From: Paramecium tetraurelia
Taxonomy: Eukaryota
Reading direction: 5' to 3'
NCBI GenBank assembly: GCA_000165425.1
Contig: CT868681.1
Span: forward strand, 1 to 64,000
DNA length: 64,000 nucleotides
Shown: positions 13,801 through 26,489 of the stretch, piece after piece
How positions within the stretch are numbered: the first letter of the stretch is position 1
How the letters are laid out: every line of letters starts with the position of its first letter
The notes under the pieces: generated by a model
What the model saw: only the letters and a program-made list of their open reading frames with translations
What the model was told of the DNA's origin: nothing
Databases searched by the model: none
Made by a program: the position numbers and the translations under genes

Positions 13801-14655
13801 TCTCTATTTGATTGAACCATATTATCAATAGAAAGCATTTGTTTATAATTAAAGTATATTTACCATTAATTCTCCTTGCTGCTTTCTGAATAATCTAATC
13901 TAAACCCTCCAGAATCTGTGATTTTTAGTAAAATGCAATAGACGTGAGCATATGCATTACATTTATTGCATTTGATGGTTCCAGTAGGTCCTTTACAGTA
14001 TACACAAGCCTATGAGTTTTACTTTAATTTTTCTGTATTTGATCTATCAATTTATGGAATATTTTAATTATTTAGTTTGTTAAATTTCATTTCAATAAAT
14101 GAGATTATTTCTATTTGTTTAGAGAACTATGCGCATAATGGATGTACAAATTCATTAGAATTATACAATTTTTTTTTGAGACCTTATTTTTAATTACAAA
14201 CAAGACATGGATAATCTTGAAGTTTATTTGACTTGCACCTGTCACATTAGAAATACCCTTAATTATTGGAATTGGACAATTTTTCAATTTCTGTTGATAT
14301 CCCATAGCAATAGTAATGACATGTTGATAGACATCCAAAACATGTTATTTTCATCATACCTAAATGTAAATATGAGAGTATACCTATTTCAGGCTATTAA
14401 ATTTGTCTATCAAATCCGATTCCGCAAATCTCACAACATTCAGCCTAAAAAAAGTTTTTAATTATATATACATTTTTGTCTTTGAAATGAGGTTGTTTCT
14501 TCAGTCTGAATCCCTATTGCTACTTATTTAAGTGGTGTTAAACTAAAGATAAAATAGGAATTATAATTATTATATAATCGTATATAAAGCGAATAAATAT
14601 ATATAGATAACACACCTACTGAAAGATCTAATTTTTTATTGTCTTCTGGGTTCAT
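7846..14655 (-). CDS. Large (about 2200 aa) chromatin protein: PZP (PHD-Zn knuckle-ePHD), extra PHD, long helical region, TFIIS-M-like and SPOC-like C-terminus
   Basis: PHD1 CEICG...CFGCLSTCHYYCYG...CDRC; knuckle CLVC...FVHPLC; ePHD CVYC...IKCNKCNAYAHVYC...CFKH; PHD3 YCYCKQEVDSDDMVQCETCTEWFHDQC...CPFC; TFIIS-M-like RHELLTAM...AKEIENQQF...Y. The SPOC assignment is inferred from position and is tentative. Confidence 0.8.
14543..14615 (-). other. Unusually long (73 nt) first intron, GTG...TAG, no internal AG
   Basis: Removing it joins MNPEDNKKLDLSV to VQHHLNKQQQGFRLKKQPHFKDKN and on into the PHD frame. Other donors give early stops. Confidence 0.6.
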
Positions 14656-14750
14656 TTCTCTCCTTGAATCGTCTTAAAATATTTAAAAAAATAATCAAAA
14701 TTTATAATCAGAAATCCTTTTAATTATTTATATTGCATATAAAATATTGG

Positions 14751-16454
14751 TCACTTTGGTACTATCCCAAAAAATTAATCATATCTCTTATCTATAAATA
14801 CACTGGCTCTCCGGTTATACATCTGTCCTGTTGTTGATCCTTACATTTCAGCCAAAACTTATAAGAAGTTCGCCAAAATATGATGGAATTTAGCAGTTTC
14901 CAAAGCCCTCATTTATCCCATCCTAACGAATTTTTTTGCATAAACTTTAATTCTAAAATCAATCATCTAATTGATTTCTTCCTGCAATTAATGATTCATA
15001 AAAGCATACATCTCCCGTATTTCATTTACTTGCTTTGTTTCATTAGGTAACATATATTTGAAGGCTTCTCCCTTATTAAACTAAAGTTCTTTGAGGGTCT
15101 TTGGAATATCAGGGGGTAATTCCCATTTTGTAGGATCTCCTTTGATATATAATTACTCTTTCTTCTCATTTACCTTGTTCTTAAGATTTTAGTATTTCTA
15201 TTACAACTAATTCTTACTCTATAAATAATCAAATGCAGATGATTACATCTTTTTATGATATCTAAAAAACTCATAAAAGTTTTCCTAATGATATATGATT
15301 ATTAATTACTTTCACATTCTTCATCTAAAAATTGACTCCGTATTGCCAACCTGTAACAAACTTTGATAATTCTTAATAAACTAATTAAATCTATTCAATA
15401 GCTCCTTAAGATTTGGTTTATTTAATAAAACCATCTGTCAATTTGTCTAAAGTATTAAAATTTTCTGTTATTGCAGTCAAGGTATTACTCAGGTTTTCCA
15501 AATCTGTACATAATTTACTAAAATTATTGCCAGTCTTTTTATAAATATCTTATGAATTTTTTAAGTAATCACTTAAGGAATTTGAGTAATTTTATAATTC
15601 ATTAGAAATCTCCAAAACGCAAGAACCATTTGTGGTTATATATTCACCTGGTTTGGATGGTCCTTTCTATTTTTCATATTAATTGAATTTTTCTTTCAAT
15701 TTAGCTTCCTCACTAATTTCTAAAAAGTCAGAAAATAAAGGATGAGTCTTAAATAATGGATGGTATAAGCAATTCTATAAAAATAATTCCATGATTCTCA
15801 TTCGTTTTTCTAAATAGGCTGCCCCTGTTTATGATTTCCTATTTAAAATGTATTATATCTATACAATTTCTTTCCAGGAATAGGAGGAACCAAATGGCAC
15901 GGGTACGTCATTACTAAAATATCTCTCAGTTTCAAAAAGTCAGTAAATCTTCTATTTACAACCCATCCAATTGGTTTGGTCTCAATTTTAAATGAAATAT
16001 ATGATGATATGATGCCATCAGATTTACTTATATATTCACTCATTATTATTTCCACTTACTTATGATAAAATCAAATAATACTTTATGTGTATTTTCCATT
16101 ATGAAATCTGTTAATTTTGTTCTTCCTGGCAATTAGCATTGTACTTCTGTAACAAAGTTGCTATCATCCTAAATTTTCTGAATCTAAAATTATTGATTTG
16201 TGGATTATTAAATAGGTTGCTTTTCAAACTCTTTTGAACTAAATACTTAATTTATTTTCTTACTCTTCTTTCTTGATGAAATCCTGTATTGTTTTTTGCA
16301 ATTCTTCAAATGTCCATAAATCTATCTCTTGACTTCCATTTTACTTGATTTATTCACAATACACCTAGAATGCAATAGTGTCGTATCCTGCATCCACTAT
16401 TGATGAAACCAATAGATCTTATTTTCTCTATCTTTCTTATTCTATGTCTTACAT
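14751..16454 (-). CDS. PX-domain sorting nexin-like protein
   Basis: PX motif YISFKIETKPIGWVVNRRFTDFLKLRDILVMTYPCHLVPPIPGKK, followed by a helical (BAR-like) region. N-terminus MQDIEQERQRKQDLL...DLWTFEEL. Confidence 0.85.
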
Positions 16455-16882
16455 TTTATTAATAATATTAATTTCTCGTTATTGATTCCCTCAAAAATAC
16501 TTAAATCAATATTATAAACTAAAGAGTACTTTTATTGTAAAGGTTTCAAAGTTATAATGGCAGACCTAACAATTCTTTGAATCAAATATTCAAAACCAAA
16601 TGCTCTTTCACTCAAATTTAAGATAATACAACAATATTTTAATATTCTGTATAATTTTCTAAAAATATATTAGAATCTAATTTACGATGAACAGTTTTTT
16701 ATTGAAAATTAATATTGGATTATTGAGAAAAACTCTCAATTTGAAATACTTTATTCAAATGAATCTAAAATTACTAAACGAAACTCCAAGAAATAACATA
16801 ACATTATTGATATAATAAAAAATGTAATTTTCTTAATAGTTAGCATAACTGTATATTGATATTCTATTATATCATTTAATAT

Positions 16883-17815
16883 TCAAAAGTATTTAGCCTA
16901 TGAGTGAGGTTAGAACAATTTTACAAAGCTGCTAATGTCTAAACTTTGTTAAGTAAGGAATTTAAACACAATATCTGCGCTAGGAAATCTGGATTTAAAA
17001 TCTGCATATGATAAAATGCCATCTCTGTCAAAATCTAACCAATTGAAAACATAATCTAATTTTAATGCCATGTATTAGAATTTCTATCTATAATATTCTA
17101 AATGAGTATAGGTTTAAATTATCATGGCTATGACTCTAGCTTATATTTAATCTATATGTTCATCTTATTCTTATTTTGTAAGGAAATCCTTGCCTATTAG
17201 ATTTTATAATTTAAGTTTTCTAAAAGGATAATTGAATAAACATACGAAATTTAATCTTGTTGAACTTGTTGGTTTATAGAATTGAAGAATAGTTCAATAT
17301 CACTCTTTTTAATTTATGTAAGGTCTTATGAGTGCAAGTATTCTAATAAGTCAATGGCTGTTATATTATTTTATAATTTTTGAAGGTTGATATAAACTAC
17401 GTTGGATTTACATCTTTCAATATCGCGTAATTATGAAGCAATTTCATAGATCATTTATTAAAACAACTCTCGTTCTTCAATATATGAAACTGATAATGTT
17501 TCAATTCTTTTGAAATAGAAGTATAATTTACTTATTTTTTAAAGTTTGAAAATCAAATTCTAAATTCTTATTGAGTTTACTCATGTATTCATAATGTTAT
17601 TCTTTCTGTATTTGAAATAGTTAACGATCTGCTTAGGGATAATATTGTTTTTCTTAATAATAACAGTCATTATAATATTTTTGATTGGCCTATTATTATA
17701 AATAAGTAGGTTTATTAGTGTAGGATTGATAACTTAATGTTGAATATGGATGATAATAGTGATCAGATTAAGCGTGATTAATTTGGGGTGCAACTTAAAT
17801 TTTATAATTATACAT
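16883..17815 (-). CDS. EF-hand domain protein
   Basis: Starts MYNYKIQVAPQ. Has an EF-hand VFNWLDFDRDGILSYADF and ends QAKYF*. Confidence 0.7.
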
Positions 17816-17826
17816 AATTTAATATC

Positions 17827-18942
17827 TCACATATACATTGTTCTTTTTGCATATTTTTTTTTGATTTCATCTCTCTTTTCTTTCTCTTACAACTTGATTT
17901 ATTGTTCTCTAGGTAAAGACAATAACTTTTATTTTTCCTTTTGCAATTTTTCTGTCTTCTTTTTCTAAGCTTCCTAAAATGGATAACAGAAATTAAATAC
18001 TTCAATTTTCTTTTACTTTTCATCCTTAAATTTGATTTCTTCAAATTTTGCTCTTTCTTCTTCATTTTATTATCTAGCAGATTATGATAATTTGAAGTTA
18101 GCAATCTTATCAACAATTTAAAGGATCAATTATATGAATTCTGTGTAATCTTCTAGCGATTCAATATTAATTAAGGTAGCTCTAAGATGATATGGACTAA
18201 AATATGGATTAAGATGATTAATTACTTTGCTAAGAGTGTTTTTTAATCAGTGAAATGAATATTTTGAATATATTTGTCATATTTCTTTAAGGCTTGACAT
18301 AATTTGGAATCAAAAATAGTGGTCAAAGGTTCTTTGCCTTCACCAAGGGTGACAAGTGTTAAACTAAATATGTATGATTGAATTACTTGTCATCAATTTT
18401 ATCAATGGATAACTTTTCACAGAGATATTTAAGATCTATATTGGCTTCCTTATATGATTTGGCATCTCTTTTTTTGACCAAAGCAAAACAAATGGGTTAT
18501 GGTGTAGCTGCTATTGGGATATCAATAGTGATGGTGTCTCTTTCAGGCCAGATGAATGAAAATAATAACATTGACAATAGATCTTATCTTTTCTTTAGTT
18601 CAATAGTGACTGCTAAACAATTTAAATTGTTTCTTCCTTAAGCCATAAATCTAAGAATATAGAAGTGATTGTTTACCCAAAGGAATTACTTGAAATGGAT
18701 TACAGGAGTGGTCCATTTTCTTTGTTTGTGATTCCAACAGCAGTGAAGTTGGTTTTAAAGAAGTCATAGGTTGTTGATGCAAATTTTAATGCTAGTTTTT
18801 TATTGGTTGTGTTTCCTGTGAAGTACATAAAGATGTAAATGAGGAAAAGTATAAATCCCATGCATTCATAAGGGTAATTATGCGGAATGTTTTTAATAAA
18901 GGCTACATAATCAAATGCAATTTGTGCTTAATTGTCTTCCAT
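17827..18942 (-). CDS. CCDC47: CCDC47 / DUF1682 (ER PAT complex subunit)
   Basis: N-terminal TM (GFILFLIYIFMYFTGNTTNKKLA), AQGRNN...IELKKRQDLL motif and a C-terminal charged coiled coil (LPREQQIKLQEKEKR). Confidence 0.8.
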
Positions 18943-18990
18943 TTGATAAATATTTTATCAATTAATTTTTGGATATTTACAAATATATTG

Positions 18991-19788
18991 ATGGATTAGA
19001 ATATTATATAATTAACACAAGATTAGAAAGCCAAATTGCATTAATTAAAATAGAGTGTATACATAGAGGCATAGAAGCTATTGAGAGATGATTTAATACA
19101 AAAATATACAGATTAAGCCCATTTGCTTAGATTATTGATAGCTAAAGATTGGAAATTAGACGAGGCTTGGGAACAATGGAATAGGTGGGTGGAATGGAGG
19201 AAACAATATAAGGCAGATGATATTAAAATTGAAGAAATTAAAAAGGAACTTGATATGAACAAAACATTTTGGAATGGATAAGATAAATTGGGGAATCCTT
19301 GTTTAATCATCAAGGCTAGAAGACATTTCCCTGGATAAAGTGATCCTGATACCCTGATACGATATATGCTCTATATGATTGACATTGGCATTGAAAGGGC
19401 AGAATAGGGAGGCACTGGTAAAATCACTGTCATCTGGGATAGAGAAGGAGTTACTACTAAGAATTTTGATTCGTCCATGTTCAAAATCATTAAAAGGATG
19501 ATAACTCTTGTTTAAGACAACTATGCTGAGCGATTGCATCAAGCATACATTCTATATCCGAACTTTTTATATAAAACTGTGATGACTATCGTCAAACCTT
19601 TCTTAAGTGAGAGAACTAAATAGAAAATTATTTTATGTAATGAATTTAAGGATCTATATCCATATTTTGGAGAGAACTTCATTATTTCTGATGGGATTGG
19701 AGATGAACAAATCTAATAATTGTAGGACAACATATAAGATTAATAGTAAATCGAGTCCTTTATATAATAATAATTATTATAATAATGA
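18991..19788 (+). CDS. CRAL-TRIO / Sec14-like lipid-binding protein
   Basis: HLLRLLIAKDWKLDEA...WVEWRKQY; GQDKLGNP; VQDNYAERLHQAYILYPN...VKPFLSERTKQKI. Confidence 0.9.
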
Positions 19789-19858
19789 ATTATGCTATTT
19801 ATATAATGGAATAATCAATTATGTAATACTCATTTATTTTATTTAATATTATTTTATT

Positions 19859-21501
19859 ATGCATAAGATTTTGAGATCAATCAAGTCATTCAAAGGGTCT
19901 AGATTTACCAACAAATTGCCTACTTATCTAGAAAGATTAAAATAATAGGAGGAAATGGATCGTAAGACTAATTTAGATGTGTTGAGAAGAGAAGTCTTTA
20001 ATGATTCAATCTAATTACCTATAAAATTTGCTGCTTATTATATTACTAAGTATACTTAATTTTATTAATAGCTAATAGACTTTTTGGGCTGAATTAACTA
20101 GATCTATGATTGATGCAAGCAATCATGTCATTTTATTTGCAACCAATTATATTAATTATGGTAATTTTATCATTAATACTTTAGGTCCAAATAAATAATT
20201 TCCATATGGAATAGAAAAAGTAAAGCATCTAGTTGCTTTAATACCCTCTGCCTTATTTTTATACTTTGGAGCCTCTATTTCCTATGAATCATTTCTTAAT
20301 ATTTATAATTATGGCCATTATGTTGGTGAAATACACAGTAATGCTTGGGGATTGGCTGTATACCTATTTAATTATCGGATAGTTATATTTATTATCTATT
20401 GGAATAGAAACAAGCGTAGTTTTCAAAAATATAAGAGATGCATAAGCTGTAGATTCAAATGATGACACTAAAATGGGGTTGTTTAAATAATTCCTATCAG
20501 TATTTCAAAAGAAGGATCCAGTACTATAAGCTATTCTTTATGAGAATGCAATAACATTGGGATCCACTTTAATTCCTTTATTATCCTCAGCATTCACTCT
20601 CATATACCCAACACATGCATTTGAAATTGTAGGATCTTTGGCAATCGGCTTAATATAATTGTATTGTCAAATCCTTTATATCATTTAGATAACTAGCATA
20701 TCACTTGAGTGCCAAGAACCTAAGTTCTTTGATGGGGGAACAATCTATAAGTGATCTGGAAGTCAAGAAAATATTAGAGATTATTAAGCAGAATCAATAT
20801 GTTGAAAAGATTTAGAATGAGAAGGCTGTGATGTTAGGGAGTAGGAAATTTAGATTTTCAGCTGAAATTACTTTTAATATTAAAGTATGTTTATATATAG
20901 ATTCAAATTAGCAAATAAATTAAGATACGGAGTCTAAATATTTAGAGAGATTTGACAAGGTTATTTATAGTGAGTCTTATAGAGATAGAGAGGAATATCT
21001 ATAAGAATTATTAAGGGAAATATAAGAATATGTTCTTGCTAGTTTACATATTCAAGTATTATTATGAATAACTATTTAGATATAAAAAATTGAAAGTGCC
21101 ATAAGAAATGAATTTCCCAATTGTATCCATTTGGATTTTGAAATTAACAACAAATCATTGGCTGAAACCTATTCTATTGATGATGGTAATTGGTTATTTA
21201 GAGAAACTTTATTAAAATCACCTTTTAAAGTTGAAAAGTGGATGCTTGATGAAGTAGATAGATTAATAAAGAAAATTACAAAGAAAAAAACTGAAACCTA
21301 CATTGAAACGTAATAATTATAAAGATATTTGTTAGCTATTAATCCTTATGTTCATCAATTTAATATAATTAATGGAATGATTTGGAAGATGATGATGAAT
21401 AACTAAAAATAATTGAGGATTACAGATTTGAATAATTGTAGAATGAATTAAAAAGCATAGACGAAATATAGTAGATCAATAATCAATCAAAAGGAAAATG
21501 A
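19859..21501 (+). CDS. Cation diffusion facilitator, SLC30A9/ZnT9-like (probably mitochondrial)
   Basis: AELTRSMIDASNH...PNKQFPYGIEK; KKDPVLQAILYENA; KNLSSLMGEQS; cytosolic C-terminal domain ending HLDFEI. Basic N-terminal leader and several tiny introns. Confidence 0.75.
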
Positions 21502-21795
21502 ATATATAAAAATAACAGCTATTAATAATCATATAAAAACACTAAATCCTTGATTCTATAAGTATTCGTTGAGGAGAATGCTTACCTGACCAAAGACCAT
21601 CTAAGAAAATGAGATAAAACCACTTAAGTGATTACAAATTTATATTACAAGAGGAATAATCCTAATCTGGAATCAAATTCAATTCTATAAAATATCAATT
21701 ACTAGTTTATCCTCCTTATGATTTAATATATTTCAATAACATTGTTCTCATAGGATATATTCTAATACTATTTTATTTATTAATTATTAATATTA

Positions 21796-23243
21796 TCAAA
21801 ATTCAGTCAAATATTCCAAACTCTGTAATTTTCTTATTTTCTATGTAAGATTTAAGTGAAGTTGATTGGTTTCAAAATTACATAGTTCGATGTAGAATCT
21901 TTGGATCCTTTAAATCTCTTTTGTAATTATTCCACTTGAGCCAACAATAAGGGATTCTATTGAATGTTACCTAAGTCAGTTAATGTTGTATTTTCAGGTC
22001 CAATAACATTCAATAAAGGCTTGATTTCAGAGATTGAATTGTAACCCAATTTTAATGAATTCAATACGTTATTCCTCTTTAAAGCTACACTGATCAATTA
22101 AATAAAGTCATTTCCTAATTGATTGTGTTCTAGATCTATTGAATATAAATAATAATTTGTTTATATCATTTAGGCAAGGTATTTCCCTGATAAATCATTT
22201 AAACCATTGTGTTGTAAATTCAAATATATTAAAGATTGATTATTTGCCAATCCTTATGCCAATACACTTATATGTTCTGATGTTAGAAAACAATATTTCA
22301 AAGTCAATTCAGTCAAATGACATTGCAAAGATGAGAGAGATTGACTCAACTTTTAGAGGTCTTAAATGATGGAATCTTGTATTATTACACTCCTTAATGA
22401 TTTCTAATTTATAACCAATTTAATTAAGACATCAGCACCTTTATAATCTTACTAGCCAGGTTTGAATGCATCTAAACACACATGATATAAGTCAGTCTAT
22501 TGAATTAAAGCACTATATAATTAGTTTAATGTGATTAGACTATGAGAGAAATTATTCCTTGAAAAACTAATCATAGTAATTTGTATTACTCAAATGATTT
22601 AAAATAAGTAACTTCTTTAATACTGCCCAAAAATAGTTCCATTCCTTTTGGACCTAGTTCATTATGACTTAAATCCAAACTTTTTACATGAGTATTAGAA
22701 ACTATAAATTTCAATTCATCACTATATGAATCATCAATCCCATTATTTCTTAATTTCAATGTGTGCAATGTTCTCATATCTTATACCTATTCTAAGAACT
22801 CCTTAAATGCCAATCTATTGAATTTCTTACTACCAAAATTGCTTAAATCAATGACCTATTTGGTACAAGAATTAATATACTTCAATTAAATGATAATGAT
22901 TTTTAAAATCAATATTAGTCTTTAGATTATTCTTAGGTCTTGTTTTAGATGGCAATAATTTCGTAGGCAATTTTAAATTACTAACAGCATCATAAAATGT
23001 TTAGAATTATTCTGATTGCTTTTCTTCTTCATTTTATTATGTAAATATTATTGATTTGGCTTAAGGTAATGTAATTGAATGAGGATTAACTTTTGATTAT
23101 GTAACAACTTCATTCTATGTTTACATGTGGGGTGCTTCAAAACCAGTGGTTTCTTTATATTTTATTTTAAGGAACTCTATCATTTTTTCTTATTCCTCTA
23201 TCTTCTGTAGATATTTCAAATTGGGTCCCAATGATTTATTCAT
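21796..23243 (-). CDS. Ribonuclease-inhibitor-type leucine-rich repeat protein
   Basis: LHTLKLRNNGIDD, VKSLDLSHNELGPKG, IDLEHNQLG, LNSLKLGYNSI repeats. Confidence 0.85.
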
Positions 23244-23279
23244 TTATAAAAATTATTTAATAATAAATATTTATTAGAA

Positions 23280-24253
23280 ATGAATGAATAAGAGAAACTT
23301 GCATCACCTGTCACAAAGAAAGTTTCTGAGGATGAAATCATTAATGAGAAAGAAGTTCTTTAAGCACTTTCTTATATTAATTTTAAACTTCTTAACGTAT
23401 GAATAATTGTTTAGTTTAGACATTAATTCTATAGAATAAACAAGAAAACAATGTAATAATTCTATTCAAAGCATTGTTAACTATTTTCCAAGAGTCTGAA
23501 AATTGGATTCCTAAAAATATTAAAGACTGGGCAACCATCTAAAGAACGATTGGACACACATCAAAATTCATCCAAATGTTATAAAATTTTAAAAAATATT
23601 ACATTACAGAGTGCAAAATATAACAAACTTAAGTCTTATTGTAAGAAGTTCATATTTAAAAACTATCTCAAAGGGCAAACAATTTATTAAAAATTGTTAA
23701 GTCACTTCTCAAATATTATAGTAATCCCTTCTTCAATCAATCTTTACATGAAGACTCATAATTAACGTATCAATTTCAGAATGAACCTCCTTTAAGTCCA
23801 ATAAAAAACTCAAATCTCTTGGACTAAGACTCTGAAATCATTATGCAAGAATTAATAAAAAAAGAAAAACTGAGTACAGTTCCAAATGAGATGAAACGAT
23901 CATGTCAAATCAGCAAGGTAAGATCAAGGAGTCCAACCACTGCCTCTTCAGGAAGTAAGAGTAGAACAATTCAGTCATGTTAGCCTCATAGATTGTCCAT
24001 CCCTGTAGGCAATCCCATTAGATAATTAAGTAGTTCCCAATAGAAATCGAATTTTACTATCAAATAGTTTAGCAAAACAATTAATAATACAGCATCTCTG
24101 AAATCTAGCGGCATCTATTTTAGAGAAAGATCGCAAACTAATACTCAAAATAAGTTCGATTAAGTTGAGAAATCCCCATTACAATAAACAAAATAGCAAT
24201 GTATTAAAGAGTCTTTATTCACAAAAAAATCAACTCTAAAAAATAACAAATGA
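23280..24253 (+). CDS. Hypothetical protein
   Basis: Open in code 6 from MNEQEKLASPVTKK, with tiny GT..AG introns and a Ser-rich tail ending KNNK*. Confidence 0.65.
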
Positions 24254-24263
24254 TTATAATTTT

Positions 24264-25306
24264 TCATTTTAGTATTACTAACAAAAATGTATTAATCATG
24301 AATACTATTAATGCCAAGGCTTAAAAATAACAAAAATAAGTACTAAATATTGTTTAAAAGATAGAACAAATTGTAAATGAGAATTTGCAACACTTATAAT
24401 TAATGTTTATCCTGTCCTCCATTATGTAATCAAATTCATCACCTTCTTAATTTATAAATGGCTTATTGACCTTTTGATACTGAAATATAGGAATTTCTGT
24501 TTGTTGCATGAGCTTCTTTTTCTATAATATATTAAATATTAAAAGTACTATTATATATATAGATAATAAGAATTGTATGTGTATTTATATTCATTTCAGC
24601 ATTTCTTATAACAACTCATCTATTTCCAATAGACTTTGATCACATGCTGATCCTCTAGTGGTTGCTTTGATTGATGCTTTCACAAAACTTTCATCATATG
24701 GATTTCTTATTTATGGTGTCATGTCAGTTATTTTATACTTTATCTAAGTGCTTTGATTCAATTATTCATCATCACTTATGGTCTTAGAATTCAATATAGA
24801 ATAATCAGCTCCTAATAATTTTTATTCCTAACTTTAAATAAACATTTAGCAAATACTTCTTCATTGTCTGGATGTTTTTAAGGTCGAAATAAAATACATA
24901 ATTTTATAATGCACCAAATAAATGATGAAAAAACCGATACTACAAACAAGCATATTAGCACTTCTTTGTAGTGTAGTTTTATCAATAATTATTTTACTTT
25001 CTGGAACTCTTACTTATATGCACTTTGCTTTTGCTCACTCGACTTTTCAAACTATGGAATCGTATAATTTTATTTTGGAAATTCAGATACATCTTCCTCT
25101 ATTAATTCTTGCTATAACACTAAATTAGAATCAAACTCTAATCTTTCTATCTCAAATTGGTTAACCCTTTCTTATCCTATCAGAGGTTCTTGTATCAATT
25201 ATAAAATTGAAATTGGTTTCTGAACTATTCCAATATGCTTTTTTGGATGCTAAATCCTACAATCAGAAAAGGCAATTTAGTGCATAATCATAATCAAAAT
25301 TATCAT
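24264..25306 (-). CDS. Hypothetical membrane protein
   Basis: Signal-like MIILIMIMHQIAFS, internal TM VLICLFVVSVFSSFIWCII and C-terminal TM ALALIVFMINTFLLVILK*. Confidence 0.6.
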
Positions 25307-25350
25307 CTTAAGCTTTGTTTATTTATTAAATAAACAATTAAAATATTATT

Positions 25351-25812
25351 ATGAAACGATGTTAATCATCAATAACTATTAATAATCACTCATAAAAACA
25401 GACTATCAAATTAAAATCTGCTTCATAATTTTACCTAAATCCTTGCCTTTAACCCTTATAATAAACACTAAAAAAATACTAAAATTTTAGTTTGATTTAT
25501 CTAAATAAAAAGGATTTCTTTTATCCATATTGTCATAAGAGATTACGTCTTTTTGGGAACTCTAACGATTCTACGATCTCAAATCTTAACAAAGAAAATG
25601 ATCTTATGATCTCCAAAAACAAACCATACATTCCTCCTTTATAACTTAAGAACAACTTTTCAAATTACTAGAAGATTTCGAATAATTAAATTCTAACAAA
25701 ACAATCTAATACTGATAGAATTTACAAGAAATTAACATAAAGAAGTATCAAAAGTTTACTTTGTGAATCAAATTATCCAAAGAGTACTTCTCGGTAATTA
25801 CAATTAAATTGA
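25351..25812 (+). CDS. Small hypothetical protein
   Basis: MKRCQSSIT...; a 23-nt intron restores the frame; contains KPYIPPLQL and ends QLN*. Confidence 0.5.
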
Positions 25813-26489
25813 TGAAATTATTGATAATATTATTTGATTATAGAATTATAGTATTTATACATTAAGTTATAAATTACTTATATAAACAACTTTTTTCATT
25901 TAATTAGAAACTTTTATAAATTATAAAATCATCAAATGCAAGTTCCAATCAAAAAGTAACAGTTTCAGACTTGATATTTACTCAATATTCTCTGAAACAA
26001 ACAAAGTTTTACAATTATTTGTGAAACCTTCTAAAAACCATATAATTAGAAAATTGAATTCTCTCTCACATTTTTTTCAAATTAGAAAGAAACTAGAGGA
26101 GGGAACTGATTAAACATATATTTCTTAATGACACTTTCTATTGAATTGGTTCTACTATTTTTACTCAGATCACGATTTTAAAATATAAATGGACAATCGT
26201 GAATATTTATTTTAATAATGAGAAACTATCATTGTTTGTTTGAGAGTCTTCTTTTCTAAACTAGGCGATAATATTAATTAATTATATAAATAATTATATT
26301 AAGAGTGTTCACTTTGGAAATTTTTAAATTTTCTGATCTCTTTTATTTAATACTTAATTATGAAATAACATAGTGTATAAGTATTCATGTTTATTTATGT
26401 TAATATTCATTAGAGTGAGGATTTTTTATTAAATAATTTGAGTACTTATTCATTATTTTATTTTTTGTTGTGAAAAATGTTCAGTAAAA

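Noticed and set aside
16557..16810. Short ATG-initiated plus-strand segment
   Set aside because: TGA after 7 codons and no convincing intron model.
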